DNA of 64,000 bases. Source: a virus. Taxonomy: Duplodnaviria > Caudoviricetes. Under the pieces are notes generated by a model that did not search any database, was not told where the DNA came from, and saw only the letters and a program-made list of their open reading frames with translations. Positions 47,789-57,116 of the stretch are shown here, one piece after another. A program made the position numbers and the translations under genes. The first letter of the stretch is position 1; each line of letters opens with the position of its first letter. The stretch spans positions 6,474-70,473 of the IMG/VR virus record IMGVR_UViG_3300020345_000381; one strand, given 5' to 3'.

Positions 47789-50700
47789 TTAAGGACAATA
47801 AGTTTCATTGTATAGTTGAGTTACTTGCGCGGCTGTTAAATCTGTAGTAAATATTCGAACTTGATCAATATCTCCATTAAATTCATAAGTAAATGATGTA
47901 GGATGTGTGCCTATATATGAAGCTCCTTGGGATGTTAAATCAGTTGTTAAAGCTTGGGATGTATTAGTATCTAAAGAAGATCCATTGTAAAATAATTCCC
48001 ATTTACTATTATAAGTTCTACTTAAAACTATGTGTTGCCACACGCCAACTGCTACAGAGCCAGTTTGAAAAACAGCTCCTGATCCTGTACCCGCGCAACT
48101 TGAAGGAACACAAATCCAAGGTTCTAAGACAGCATAATTAAGATAAAAATTAAATCCACTATGTGTAGCGGCTCCATATCCATCTGTACCAATTATACTT
48201 TGCCATTGATTACTAACTGTATTAGGTCTAATCCAAAAAGATAAAGCAAAACTTCCCGAAAAATCAAAGTTATACGGTATTTGTACATAACCACTTCCAT
48301 TAAAAAAACCAGCTTGACCATATTTACCAGAACTCGTATATGTTATACTATTCGGTATTCCATTTGCCAAACCACATGTATCATTGCAATTATTGGTAAA
48401 TTGATATAATGCAGCTGCAGTAGTAGGATAATTACACATAGAAGTTGTACAATTAGTAAAATCTTTCCAACCACCTGAATTAAAATGTTCCATTTGACCT
48501 AAAGTACTGTTATACCTTAACATACCTATATCTGCGCCAGGTTCTGGATCACCGGTAAATGTTATCTCACCACTACCTTCTTTAAATACTAAAGTATCAG
48601 TTGAACCGCTTGTAAAATGAGTTTGTATATTACTTTCTTTTTGCCAAAGATCATAAATATTTTGATCAGTAAGAGTTACATCATAAAAACGCATTAAATT
48701 TATAGAACCATATGTTTCTCCACTATTACTTGCTGCTGGTCCCCAACTTCCTAAAGCTATAGCCTGCGCGGCTGCTCCTGTTAAAATGTCAGATCCAGTT
48801 ACATTTAAAGTATCAACTAATATACCATTTACATATATTTTTACATCACTACCGTTTTGAGTAACAGCTACGTGAGTCCATTTTCCCCAATAACTATTCC
48901 AATCTACGCTTGTAGTAACGCTAGTTCCGGTTGATACACCATCTGCAGAATTAATAAAAACTTTTAACACGTCTCCTGGGTAAGTTATTTGCATTGTTAT
49001 AGATATTGAGGTGTCGGAACCACCACTATTACCATCTCCTAAAAACACTTGTCGCGCACCTTGATCTAATAAATTAACCCATAAAGAAGCAGTAAAATTA
49101 AAACCACTTCTAGTATAGTTAGTACTTATTAAACCTCCACCCGCTCCGCTAAAATATAAAGCTTGATCAGTAAATTTACCAGTAGCATAACTTATAGCAC
49201 TTGTTATTGACCCATTATAAGTTGTAGGATCAGCAATTAAATCTCCATTAAAATCCCATAAAGCTTTTGTAGTAACACCTGAAGGAAAACTTAAACTATC
49301 AATTGTTGGAGCTGTTGAACTAAGCGGTGGTAAACTTCCAGGTTTAGAATTATTATAAATATCTTGAACATCTGTTGAAGATAAAATACTTTTATAAATT
49401 CTAAATTGTTCTAATTTTCCATCAAATCCATATGTAGAACCATTATAAGAGCCAAAAGCATTTGTAGAACTCATAGTTCTAGCTCCAGCGTTTGTATCCA
49501 AAATATAAGAAGGTAAAGCTATACCATCAACATAATGTGTAACAGTTCTTGTAGAACCTACATAAGTAGTAACTATATTATACCAAGTATTAATTACAGC
49601 TGTAAAAGGAGCGGCTGCAGTATAACTTGAATGATAATAACCTGTATTATTAAAATAACGCTCTAATGCTAAAGATACACCACCGCTAGCACCATAATTA
49701 TATAAAGCAAATGAACTATATGTTGTTCCATTACCATTACCACTTATAGCTCCATTAAATGTCCCTACAGATCCTGTTATAGTATCAAAATTAACCCATA
49801 TTGATATAGTAAAATCATCATTTTCATTACTTGCAGCTTGACCAATTGGGGAAGTAACATCTATCCTACTAGTAGTTCCATTAAAAACAGCCGCTTGATT
49901 AAATTTACCATTAGTATAGGTTATATCTGTTGCTGTTCCATCATAATTCCCACCAACATCTTTAACATCTAAATTCAAAGGCCAATAAGCTACACCGTAT
50001 TTATCCGCAGGCCAGTTAACTGTATAAGTATCTTCACTATTTAAACTATAACCAGTTACTATTGTATTATCGTATTTTAAAATAGCTACACCAGAACCAC
50101 CTTCTGCTCCAGCTCCCCAAGAACCACTATAACCTGCACCTCCAGCACCACCTCCAGTATTTCTTAAACCTTCTTGGGCATTTATTCTAGACGCATCACC
50201 GCCATGACCACCGCCTCCATTAGCATATGCTGGATAAGTAGGCCCACCATATGGAGTTCCTGCAGCACTAGACGATTGAGCACCACCACCACCTCCACCA
50301 GCAAACCATACATCTGATCCTGATACATCTCCAATTTGTGCTAAATTAGCATTAGCACTACTAATAAAACTATTCATATTTCTTCCACTACCTCCAGTAC
50401 CACCTAACGATGATGTTCCAGTACCACCTACTCCATCAGCAGCTCCCAAAGCTGTAGTGCTTGCTCCACCACCACCACCAGCTCCATATGCCGGAGCAAC
50501 ATTTCCAGCATTAACCCCTCCATCCATACCTTGGCCTGATGTACCTGATCCAACGCCAAATACAGCGGTTCCGCTTCCTGCTCCACCTCCTGATCCTCCA
50601 TCAATTCCGTAATTAGTAACACCATGACTACCGCCTGATCCACCTCCTAAAGCTCTAATTCCATTGAAACCTGAATCATTACCATTTCGTGCATATAATG

Positions 50701-50977
50701 GATCTGGATAAGATCCTGGACCTGCAGGACCACCTTTACCTACAGTTATAACAGTTGGTGTTCCTTTATAAACAGTAGTTGTACCAGTTAATAAACCACC
50801 TGCACCAGCACCACCCGATAATGTTCCATTTCCACCACCTCCTCCAACTATTAAATAGTCAATAGATGAAGAAATAGCTGGTTGCTCAGATGTATCACCA
50901 ACACATCCTTTTAAAGCATTAGTAGAACCTGATTGATTTAAATCGGCAAGATCGTTAATTACCTTTGTTAAAGCCAT
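47789..50977 (-). CDS. tail fibre with Gly-rich region and three LamG domains
   Basis: DYLIVGGGGG glycine-rich domain; repeated GxxxQxRxY LamG motifs. Confidence 0.8.
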   Translation of the reverse strand: MALTKVINDLADLNQSGSTNALKGCVGDTSEQPAISSSIDYLIVGGGGGNGTLSGGAGAGGLLTGTTTVYKGTPTVITVGKGGPAGPGSYPDPLYARNGNDSGFNGIRALGGGSGGSHGVTNYGIDGGSGGGAGSGTAVFGVGSGTSGQGMDGGVNAGNVAPAYGAGGGGGASTTALGAADGVGGTGTSSLGGTGGSGRNMNSFISSANANLAQIGDVSGSDVWFAGGGGGGAQSSSAAGTPYGGPTYPAYANGGGGHGGDASRINAQEGLRNTGGGAGGAGYSGSWGAGAEGGSGVAILKYDNTIVTGYSLNSEDTYTVNWPADKYGVAYWPLNLDVKDVGGNYDGTATDITYTNGKFNQAAVFNGTTSRIDVTSPIGQAASNENDDFTISIWVNFDTITGSVGTFNGAISGNGNGTTYSSFALYNYGASGGVSLALERYFNNTGYYHSSYTAAAPFTAVINTWYNIVTTYVGSTRTVTHYVDGIALPSYILDTNAGARTMSSTNAFGSYNGSTYGFDGKLEQFRIYKSILSSTDVQDIYNNSKPGSLPPLSSTAPTIDSLSFPSGVTTKALWDFNGDLIADPTTYNGSITSAISYATGKFTDQALYFSGAGGGLISTNYTRSGFNFTASLWVNLLDQGARQVFLGDGNSGGSDTSISITMQITYPGDVLKVFINSADGVSTGTSVTTSVDWNSYWGKWTHVAVTQNGSDVKIYVNGILVDTLNVTGSDILTGAAAQAIALGSWGPAASNSGETYGSINLMRFYDVTLTDQNIYDLWQKESNIQTHFTSGSTDTLVFKEGSGEITFTGDPEPGADIGMLRYNSTLGQMEHFNSGGWKDFTNCTTSMCNYPTTAAALYQFTNNCNDTCGLANGIPNSITYTSSGKYGQAGFFNGSGYVQIPYNFDFSGSFALSFWIRPNTVSNQWQSIIGTDGYGAATHSGFNFYLNYAVLEPWICVPSSCAGTGSGAVFQTGSVAVGVWQHIVLSRTYNSKWELFYNGSSLDTNTSQALTTDLTSQGASYIGTHPTSFTYEFNGDIDQVRIFTTDLTAAQVTQLYNETYCP

Positions 50978-50987
50978 ATTTTATTAT

Positions 50988-53171
50988 TTAAGATGCAAAA
51001 CACATGAAAATATAAGTTCCTCCACCAGCATTATAACTAGCATCCGTATTTATTAATTGAAAACCATTACTATAAAAATTAAGAGCTGTCCAAGTACCTT
51101 CTGCATTATTTAGATTAGGATATAATTCTTTATTTATAGGATTAGTAGTAGATCTTTTATTATCTAATATTCTCCAGTTAGCAGCTACATCTGTTCTTTT
51201 TATTAAAATCCAAGCAGGTTCAAAACCTGTATAAATAATAGGGTTATCAGTAGCACTACCCGTTCCAGTATAACTTCCTATTAAAGAATAACCTGGTACA
51301 GAATGCCAAGCATATGTTATAAATTCATTTACTTGTCCCCATCCACCACTACTTAATAGAGTATCATTAGCAGAATAATAAGTACTTGCTGTTGCAGCAT
51401 TAGTTAAATCAAGTCGCAAATATAACCAATCAGCGGGGGTTAAACTCCCTGATGAATTACCCCACAGACTTGCACTTGGTATCATCGTTTCCCACCCATA
51501 AGTGTAATCAGTTGATTTATGTATCCATAATTCAGGAGCTTTATTTAAACCATGATCCCAAGTATACGCACCTGCAGGTGATGTATTTTTAATAATACTA
51601 AACCCTAATTCAGTATTTACTGAACATGCACTAGGTGGATTGGTTCCTGTATTCATACTCGCTGCAGCTGCTGTAGCATAACCAACACCATCTATGTTGA
51701 AAGTATTAGAACTACCTCCAGCTTTCCAATTCCATGCAACATAGTTATTACCTGTATTATAATTAAAATAACTATTATCAACACTACCTGTAGTACTAGT
51801 AAACCCATCATTATCAAAAGAACTTAAGTAACCATAGGATGCAGCAGATGAAGCAAGGTAACTTTCTGTCCAGTCACCATCTGACGCTAACCAATGATTA
51901 GTGCCTGTTCCTCTAACGGAATCATATAATGTATGATTATAAGCGTTTGATCTTGATTTAGCCCATACCAAATCTGGCTTAAATCCTACTCCTGTAATAG
52001 AAATATCTGTATTCCCTGTTGAAGTCCAAAGAACTGTATTAAAATTATTAGATGGTACAACACTTACATCTTGCCCTGTTTGTTGTAATGCTCTCCAACC
52101 TTTAGCACCAGTATATATTTCCATTTTACCAGTTGTAGTATTTTCCCTCATAGTACCTATAGCAACAGATGGTAAAGTAGAATCAGTAAAAGTTACAGTA
52201 CAAGATCCTGTAGTAGCTGTAACAGAATAAATATTTGTACTTGCAACACTTGTATCTAAAGTTGATGTTACACCACTTGAAAATGTTGCTGTAATAGTAT
52301 TAGGAACTCGTATAATTATTATACCTTTTCCTCCAGAACCAGCAGTACCTGATTTTGTACCACCACCACCACCACCAGTATTAGCTGTTCCACTTGTAGC
52401 AGTACCACTATCTGAACCAGCACCACCGCCACCGAGTCCTCCAGAACCTGGAGTATTACCACCGGCCGATCCTCCACCACCCCCAGCATAATCTACACCA
52501 GTTCCTGTTATGGTATTGTTTCTACCAGCACCTCCATTTCCTCCTGGTCCTCCATCTGATCCAGATCCATTAGTAGATCCATTCCCACCTACAGCATCAG
52601 CACCACCACCTCCAGATGCAGAAGACCAACCAGTACCTTGACTTGTTCCTCCGTTATTACCTTGATTAGTTGTTCCTTCACCATATCCACCTGGATTTCC
52701 TATTGGATTAAGAGCTCCGTCTCTAGCACCACCACCTCCAGAACCCCCATTACCTCCTTGGTAATGATAATATGGAGCGCCAGCTAATTCTACACCACCA
52801 CCACCACCACCAATAGCGGTTAAAGAAGCAAAGACAGAATTTTCACCATTAGGTGAATGCCCAGCAACACTACTACTAGATCCACCAGCACCACCAAGTC
52901 CAACTGTTATAGTATATGAAGTTTCAGTATATAAACTTAATGCAGCACCAGTTGAACCACCTCCTGCATATGTTGAACTAGTAATATATCCACCAGCACC
53001 ACCACCACCTCCATAATACCAACCACCAGATCCTCCTCCAGCAACTACTAAATAATCAATAGTTTGAGTAATTAATACACCTCTATTGTCATTACTCCCT
53101 TTAGGCATCTTTAACGCGGTTGTATCCGAGCTAAGATCTATAGTATCGGTTATTATTTTGGTTAAAGCCAT
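50988..53171 (-). CDS. tail fibre with Gly-rich domain and GFKPDLVW-type C-terminal domain
   Basis: DYLVVAGGG...GSGGKGIIIIR; VGFKPDLVWAKSR; GFEPAWILIKR. Confidence 0.8.
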   Translation of the reverse strand: MALTKIITDTIDLSSDTTALKMPKGSNDNRGVLITQTIDYLVVAGGGSGGWYYGGGGGAGGYITSSTYAGGGSTGAALSLYTETSYTITVGLGGAGGSSSSVAGHSPNGENSVFASLTAIGGGGGGVELAGAPYYHYQGGNGGSGGGGARDGALNPIGNPGGYGEGTTNQGNNGGTSQGTGWSSASGGGGADAVGGNGSTNGSGSDGGPGGNGGAGRNNTITGTGVDYAGGGGGSAGGNTPGSGGLGGGGAGSDSGTATSGTANTGGGGGGTKSGTAGSGGKGIIIIRVPNTITATFSSGVTSTLDTSVASTNIYSVTATTGSCTVTFTDSTLPSVAIGTMRENTTTGKMEIYTGAKGWRALQQTGQDVSVVPSNNFNTVLWTSTGNTDISITGVGFKPDLVWAKSRSNAYNHTLYDSVRGTGTNHWLASDGDWTESYLASSAASYGYLSSFDNDGFTSTTGSVDNSYFNYNTGNNYVAWNWKAGGSSNTFNIDGVGYATAAAASMNTGTNPPSACSVNTELGFSIIKNTSPAGAYTWDHGLNKAPELWIHKSTDYTYGWETMIPSASLWGNSSGSLTPADWLYLRLDLTNAATASTYYSANDTLLSSGGWGQVNEFITYAWHSVPGYSLIGSYTGTGSATDNPIIYTGFEPAWILIKRTDVAANWRILDNKRSTTNPINKELYPNLNNAEGTWTALNFYSNGFQLINTDASYNAGGGTYIFMCFAS

Positions 53172-53180
53172 TTAGTATTT

Positions 53181-55526
53181 TTATGGATTAAGAACAACAG
53201 ATTCAACTACTGCCCCATTAGGAAAATTACCACTTGCTAAAGTAACAGTGGTTTTAGTGGTTCCAGCATCATAAGCCGCTGTATAAAGATTTTTTGTTTG
53301 ATAAACACCACTAACATATAAATCAATATAGTTAACATCTGTTTGATTAACAACTCCGCAATCGTGTGTGTTTGTTGATGTACCACTAATAGTACTTCTA
53401 TTTACGGTACGAGTAGGTGCTCCTGTGGCTACTGTATCCCAAGTACCATCACCTTTTAAAAATTTAGTTTGATCTCCTGTTGTAGAAGTTACTACACCAG
53501 CTGTATCTACTCCAGCAAACTTTTTAGCTTTAATTACTACTGCACCTGTTGTGGGCGTTATTTCTAAAGATTCATTTAAAGTAGTAGCTGCAGCAATAGT
53601 ACCACCTTGTGTAAATGTTACGGAACTTACACCAGCTGTAACAGTTCCCCATTCCCAACCATTACCAGCACCTAAACTTTTTAATACATCTCCTGCATTA
53701 CCTGATCCTGGAGTTGTGTTAGCTGTTATTAAATCACTTGCAGCACCAAACTCTAGATCAATTCCATTAGTAATACTTAATTTAGTAGCAGTAGCACTAG
53801 CAGCATCTTGACTTAATACAGAATCTCCTAATGTTCCTGTAGTATCCCAAAGCGGAACACTAAATTGAGTTCCTGTTCCAGGATTAGCACCAACATAAGT
53901 TTTAATTTTTGATAATGCAGCGTATTTAATAATATTACTATCAGCATCATCACTAAACATAAATGATTCACTGCCTGTTAAAGTAACACCAACACCATCT
54001 GTACCCGATAAAATAATATTAGCTGCACCTGTATAATCAGGACCAATATTACCTGTAGAAGTTATAGGATTTGAAGTACCAGTAAGACCTGCATCTATAG
54101 TTATAGATGAAACATTTGTTACAGGACCTGCTGCCCAAGTACCATCTCTTTTTAAGAATTTATCACCTGTTTCTGCACTTGCATCTGGTACATATCCTCC
54201 AGTTAAATTAGATCCGGAAAATATTTGTGCTGTAACAGCACCAGCGGTTATATCAAGTCCGTCGTTTCCTGTAGGGAATTTAGCCACACCTAAAGTAGTA
54301 GCAGTAGCTGTATCATGACCAGATTCAATTACAGTCCAATTTCCTTCTGTAGTTCCAGGATTATCAGTATTAGCAAAAATTAAATCACCAGGTTGTACGG
54401 TAACTGAAAAGAATGTTCCTCCAGTTTGTACTGCCCAAAACCAACCATTTTGAATAGAAGTAGAAGGAGTACAACCGCCACCTCCTGTTCCATCTAAACA
54501 AGGACTATCAGTTGAAGCATTATATCCACCTTGAAAAGTACCAGCATTAGCTACAGCAGAATCAACATATGTTTTAGTTGTAGCATCTGTTCCCGCTACT
54601 GGAGTACCTAAATTTATTATTTTTTGACTTCCTGCATCTATATCACCCGTAGCAGCTGCAAAACTATTTAAAGGTAGTGCTACTGTAAAATCATAAATTT
54701 GATCTCCAGTTGCTAAAGTAGTTGTAGCACCATTTGTTACTGCTGCTGTATTAGCTGCAATTGTTAATGTAGAAGTTGGTGATGCTCCACCTTCAGTTAA
54801 TGTAATTCCAGTGCCTTCAGTAAATTGAATAGTAGAATCTGCACTACCAGCACCAACCAAAACAACAGGTATATAATCAGTTACTTTAGTTTGAGTTTCA
54901 ATATTGTATAAATCCCCAAAGCTACTTGTACTAGTCCATGTCATAGCAGCTCCTGGACCTCCTGATGTTAATACTTGGCCAGCTGTTCCTTCGCTACCAT
55001 TAGCATTTAAAGAAGTTCCAACTACTAAAGATGTTGTATTAGTTGTTGTTCCATATATAGCATTCCACCTAGTACCTGTTAATCCAAGATCCACTGCACC
55101 ACTAGCAACAAAGTTTTTAGTACTTGTTACTGTTGTTCCACCCGATGGTTCAGCTATAGAGGAATTACCAAGAGTTACAGCACTTGTAAATACAGGTAAT
55201 GAATCTGTGCTACCTGAAATTCCACCAATTTTGTTATTAAATATACTCCAATCAGTTGAAGATAAATAACCATCTGTAGTAGCGTCTGATTTTGGTATAC
55301 CTACTGTACCGGATAATGTTATTGTACCACCAGTAAGTGGTGCTGAAAAAGTAATTGATTCTACACCAATCCCACCAAGTGATTTTATATAATCAGTTAT
55401 CACCTGCATTGTGTAGGTTCTTGTTACGTTTGTTTGTTTACCATCAACAGTAGCTGTGGAAGTACCCAGTATTAAATCACCAGGTTGTGGACTAGTCTCT
55501 GCCGGGTAGCTATAAATTATTGCCAT
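53181..55526 (-). CDS. tail fibre protein
   Basis: Thr/Gly-rich; DAATKxYVD-type motif (DATTKTYVD); FLKGDGTW repeats. Confidence 0.75.
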   Translation of the reverse strand: MAIIYSYPAETSPQPGDLILGTSTATVDGKQTNVTRTYTMQVITDYIKSLGGIGVESITFSAPLTGGTITLSGTVGIPKSDATTDGYLSSTDWSIFNNKIGGISGSTDSLPVFTSAVTLGNSSIAEPSGGTTVTSTKNFVASGAVDLGLTGTRWNAIYGTTTNTTSLVVGTSLNANGSEGTAGQVLTSGGPGAAMTWTSTSSFGDLYNIETQTKVTDYIPVVLVGAGSADSTIQFTEGTGITLTEGGASPTSTLTIAANTAAVTNGATTTLATGDQIYDFTVALPLNSFAAATGDIDAGSQKIINLGTPVAGTDATTKTYVDSAVANAGTFQGGYNASTDSPCLDGTGGGGCTPSTSIQNGWFWAVQTGGTFFSVTVQPGDLIFANTDNPGTTEGNWTVIESGHDTATATTLGVAKFPTGNDGLDITAGAVTAQIFSGSNLTGGYVPDASAETGDKFLKRDGTWAAGPVTNVSSITIDAGLTGTSNPITSTGNIGPDYTGAANIILSGTDGVGVTLTGSESFMFSDDADSNIIKYAALSKIKTYVGANPGTGTQFSVPLWDTTGTLGDSVLSQDAASATATKLSITNGIDLEFGAASDLITANTTPGSGNAGDVLKSLGAGNGWEWGTVTAGVSSVTFTQGGTIAAATTLNESLEITPTTGAVVIKAKKFAGVDTAGVVTSTTGDQTKFLKGDGTWDTVATGAPTRTVNRSTISGTSTNTHDCGVVNQTDVNYIDLYVSGVYQTKNLYTAAYDAGTTKTTVTLASGNFPNGAVVESVVLNP

Positions 55527-55542
55527 TTTTATTTTTTGTTTT

Positions 55543-57102
55543 CTATGTTAATTGTAGTGTTCCTGTAATAGTTGTAACAACCGTTTGTGAACCATATATT
55601 ATATAAGCTGGAGGAGTTACAGTAGGACCAGATGTCCATGCATATCCAGCGGGTAAATTTGCTGTAGTAGTAAATTGTCCAGTTACATCTAATTGCGTTG
55701 ATCCTGGTGCAGCACTTACAGTTGCACCTGTATCATTTCCAGTTACGGTTGGATTTGGTCCTCCTTGTATATCATATACAATTTGAAGCGTTGCAGTAAT
55801 TGTAGGTGTTGGATTAGCAGCTATTACACCAGCTAATGTTTGAGCAACTGAAACTCCAGGATTAGTTATATCTCCTGTAACTGTTAATCCTGTAACAGGT
55901 GTTGAAAAATAATATCCTGCAGCAGGTGTTGCAATAGTAGTAAAACTATATTCTTCACCTTCACACCCTATAGCTGTTGCACCATTTGTATCGCCAGATA
56001 AAGTATATTCAACTCCTGCTGTCCCACCAGTTATATTATTTGTGGTGGCTAATGTCATTGTTTGTGCTGTACATTTAGTTGCATCTGCAATTGCTATGTA
56101 TAAGGTATTAGCATCTTTAGGTGTTAATGCTGCATATTCTGTATCTGTTAAAGTAACAATTTTTGTAACTTTAGGTGTTGTAGTTTTATCATCAGTTGTA
56201 TTTTTAATCGTATTTGCATCACCATCATCTATATATTGTTCTACAAGAGGCATAGCTGTTGCTGGTATTGTACCAAATGTAGAGGTTTTTACATTACTAG
56301 ATGCTAATTGATTAAATGCTATAAAATCATCTGTTGTAGGAACTGTTGCTGGTGCTGCTCCAGATGTTTTACCAACTAATATATAATTGTTTGATCCGTC
56401 ATATTCTATACCAATAGCAGGATTAGAAGTTAATGTTCCCGAATCTAATTGTAACCCACTCCCTGGTATAACACTTTGTACTGTACCTGGGTTGTTTATT
56501 GCATTTATTGTAACATTACCTACACCACTTGTTGGGTTTAAAGTAATATTTGTTCCAGCGATTAAAGATGTAACACCAGTATTTGTTACGGTTACATCGC
56601 CTGTTGCTTGATCCACACTTATTCCTGTACCTGCAATTAAACTAGATACTGCACTTGTGGGAGCGGGTATATTTACTGTTACATCATTACCTGATGCACT
56701 GGCGGTTACACCACCACCTGTAAAATTTAAACTTTCTACTGCTGTAGTAATACTAGTTCCTTCATCTAATACAGCTATATTTGGAGAACCAGTACTAGTA
56801 GCAGGCGCCCAAGTATTATCACCCCTTAAAAAAGTAGAGTTTGATGGAGTACCACTAGCTGATAAAGAAGCTTGTAAAGTACCACTTGTACTTATAGGAC
56901 CTCCTGTCATATCAATAAAAGTTGAATTTGCTGTGGCAACATTTGTTACCGTACCTGTGCCAGCGTTTGCACTTACAAGAGCAGCTAAACTAGCTATTGT
57001 AAAAGTTTTTGTAGGTTTGTTGTCATCAGCTACCGAAGTTCCTAATAATAAATCTGAAGTTGTTGGTGTTGCTTCGATTGGATAACTATAAATTATTGCC
57101 AT
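55543..57102 (-). CDS. tail fibre protein (paralog of its neighbours)
   Basis: MAIIYSYP N-terminus; FLRGDNTW; TEYAALTPKDANTLY motif. Confidence 0.75.
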   Translation of the reverse strand: MAIIYSYPIEATPTTSDLLLGTSVADDNKPTKTFTIASLAALVSANAGTGTVTNVATANSTFIDMTGGPISTSGTLQASLSASGTPSNSTFLRGDNTWAPATSTGSPNIAVLDEGTSITTAVESLNFTGGGVTASASGNDVTVNIPAPTSAVSSLIAGTGISVDQATGDVTVTNTGVTSLIAGTNITLNPTSGVGNVTINAINNPGTVQSVIPGSGLQLDSGTLTSNPAIGIEYDGSNNYILVGKTSGAAPATVPTTDDFIAFNQLASSNVKTSTFGTIPATAMPLVEQYIDDGDANTIKNTTDDKTTTPKVTKIVTLTDTEYAALTPKDANTLYIAIADATKCTAQTMTLATTNNITGGTAGVEYTLSGDTNGATAIGCEGEEYSFTTIATPAAGYYFSTPVTGLTVTGDITNPGVSVAQTLAGVIAANPTPTITATLQIVYDIQGGPNPTVTGNDTGATVSAAPGSTQLDVTGQFTTTANLPAGYAWTSGPTVTPPAYIIYGSQTVVTTITGTLQLT

Positions 57103-57116
57103 TTTTATATTTTATT

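Noticed and set aside
50428-50643. 71-aa +1-frame ORF in the Gly-rich tail fibre
   Set aside because: Runs of GGN codons give stop-free E/V/A-rich +1 frames automatically; no GC3 shift beyond composition
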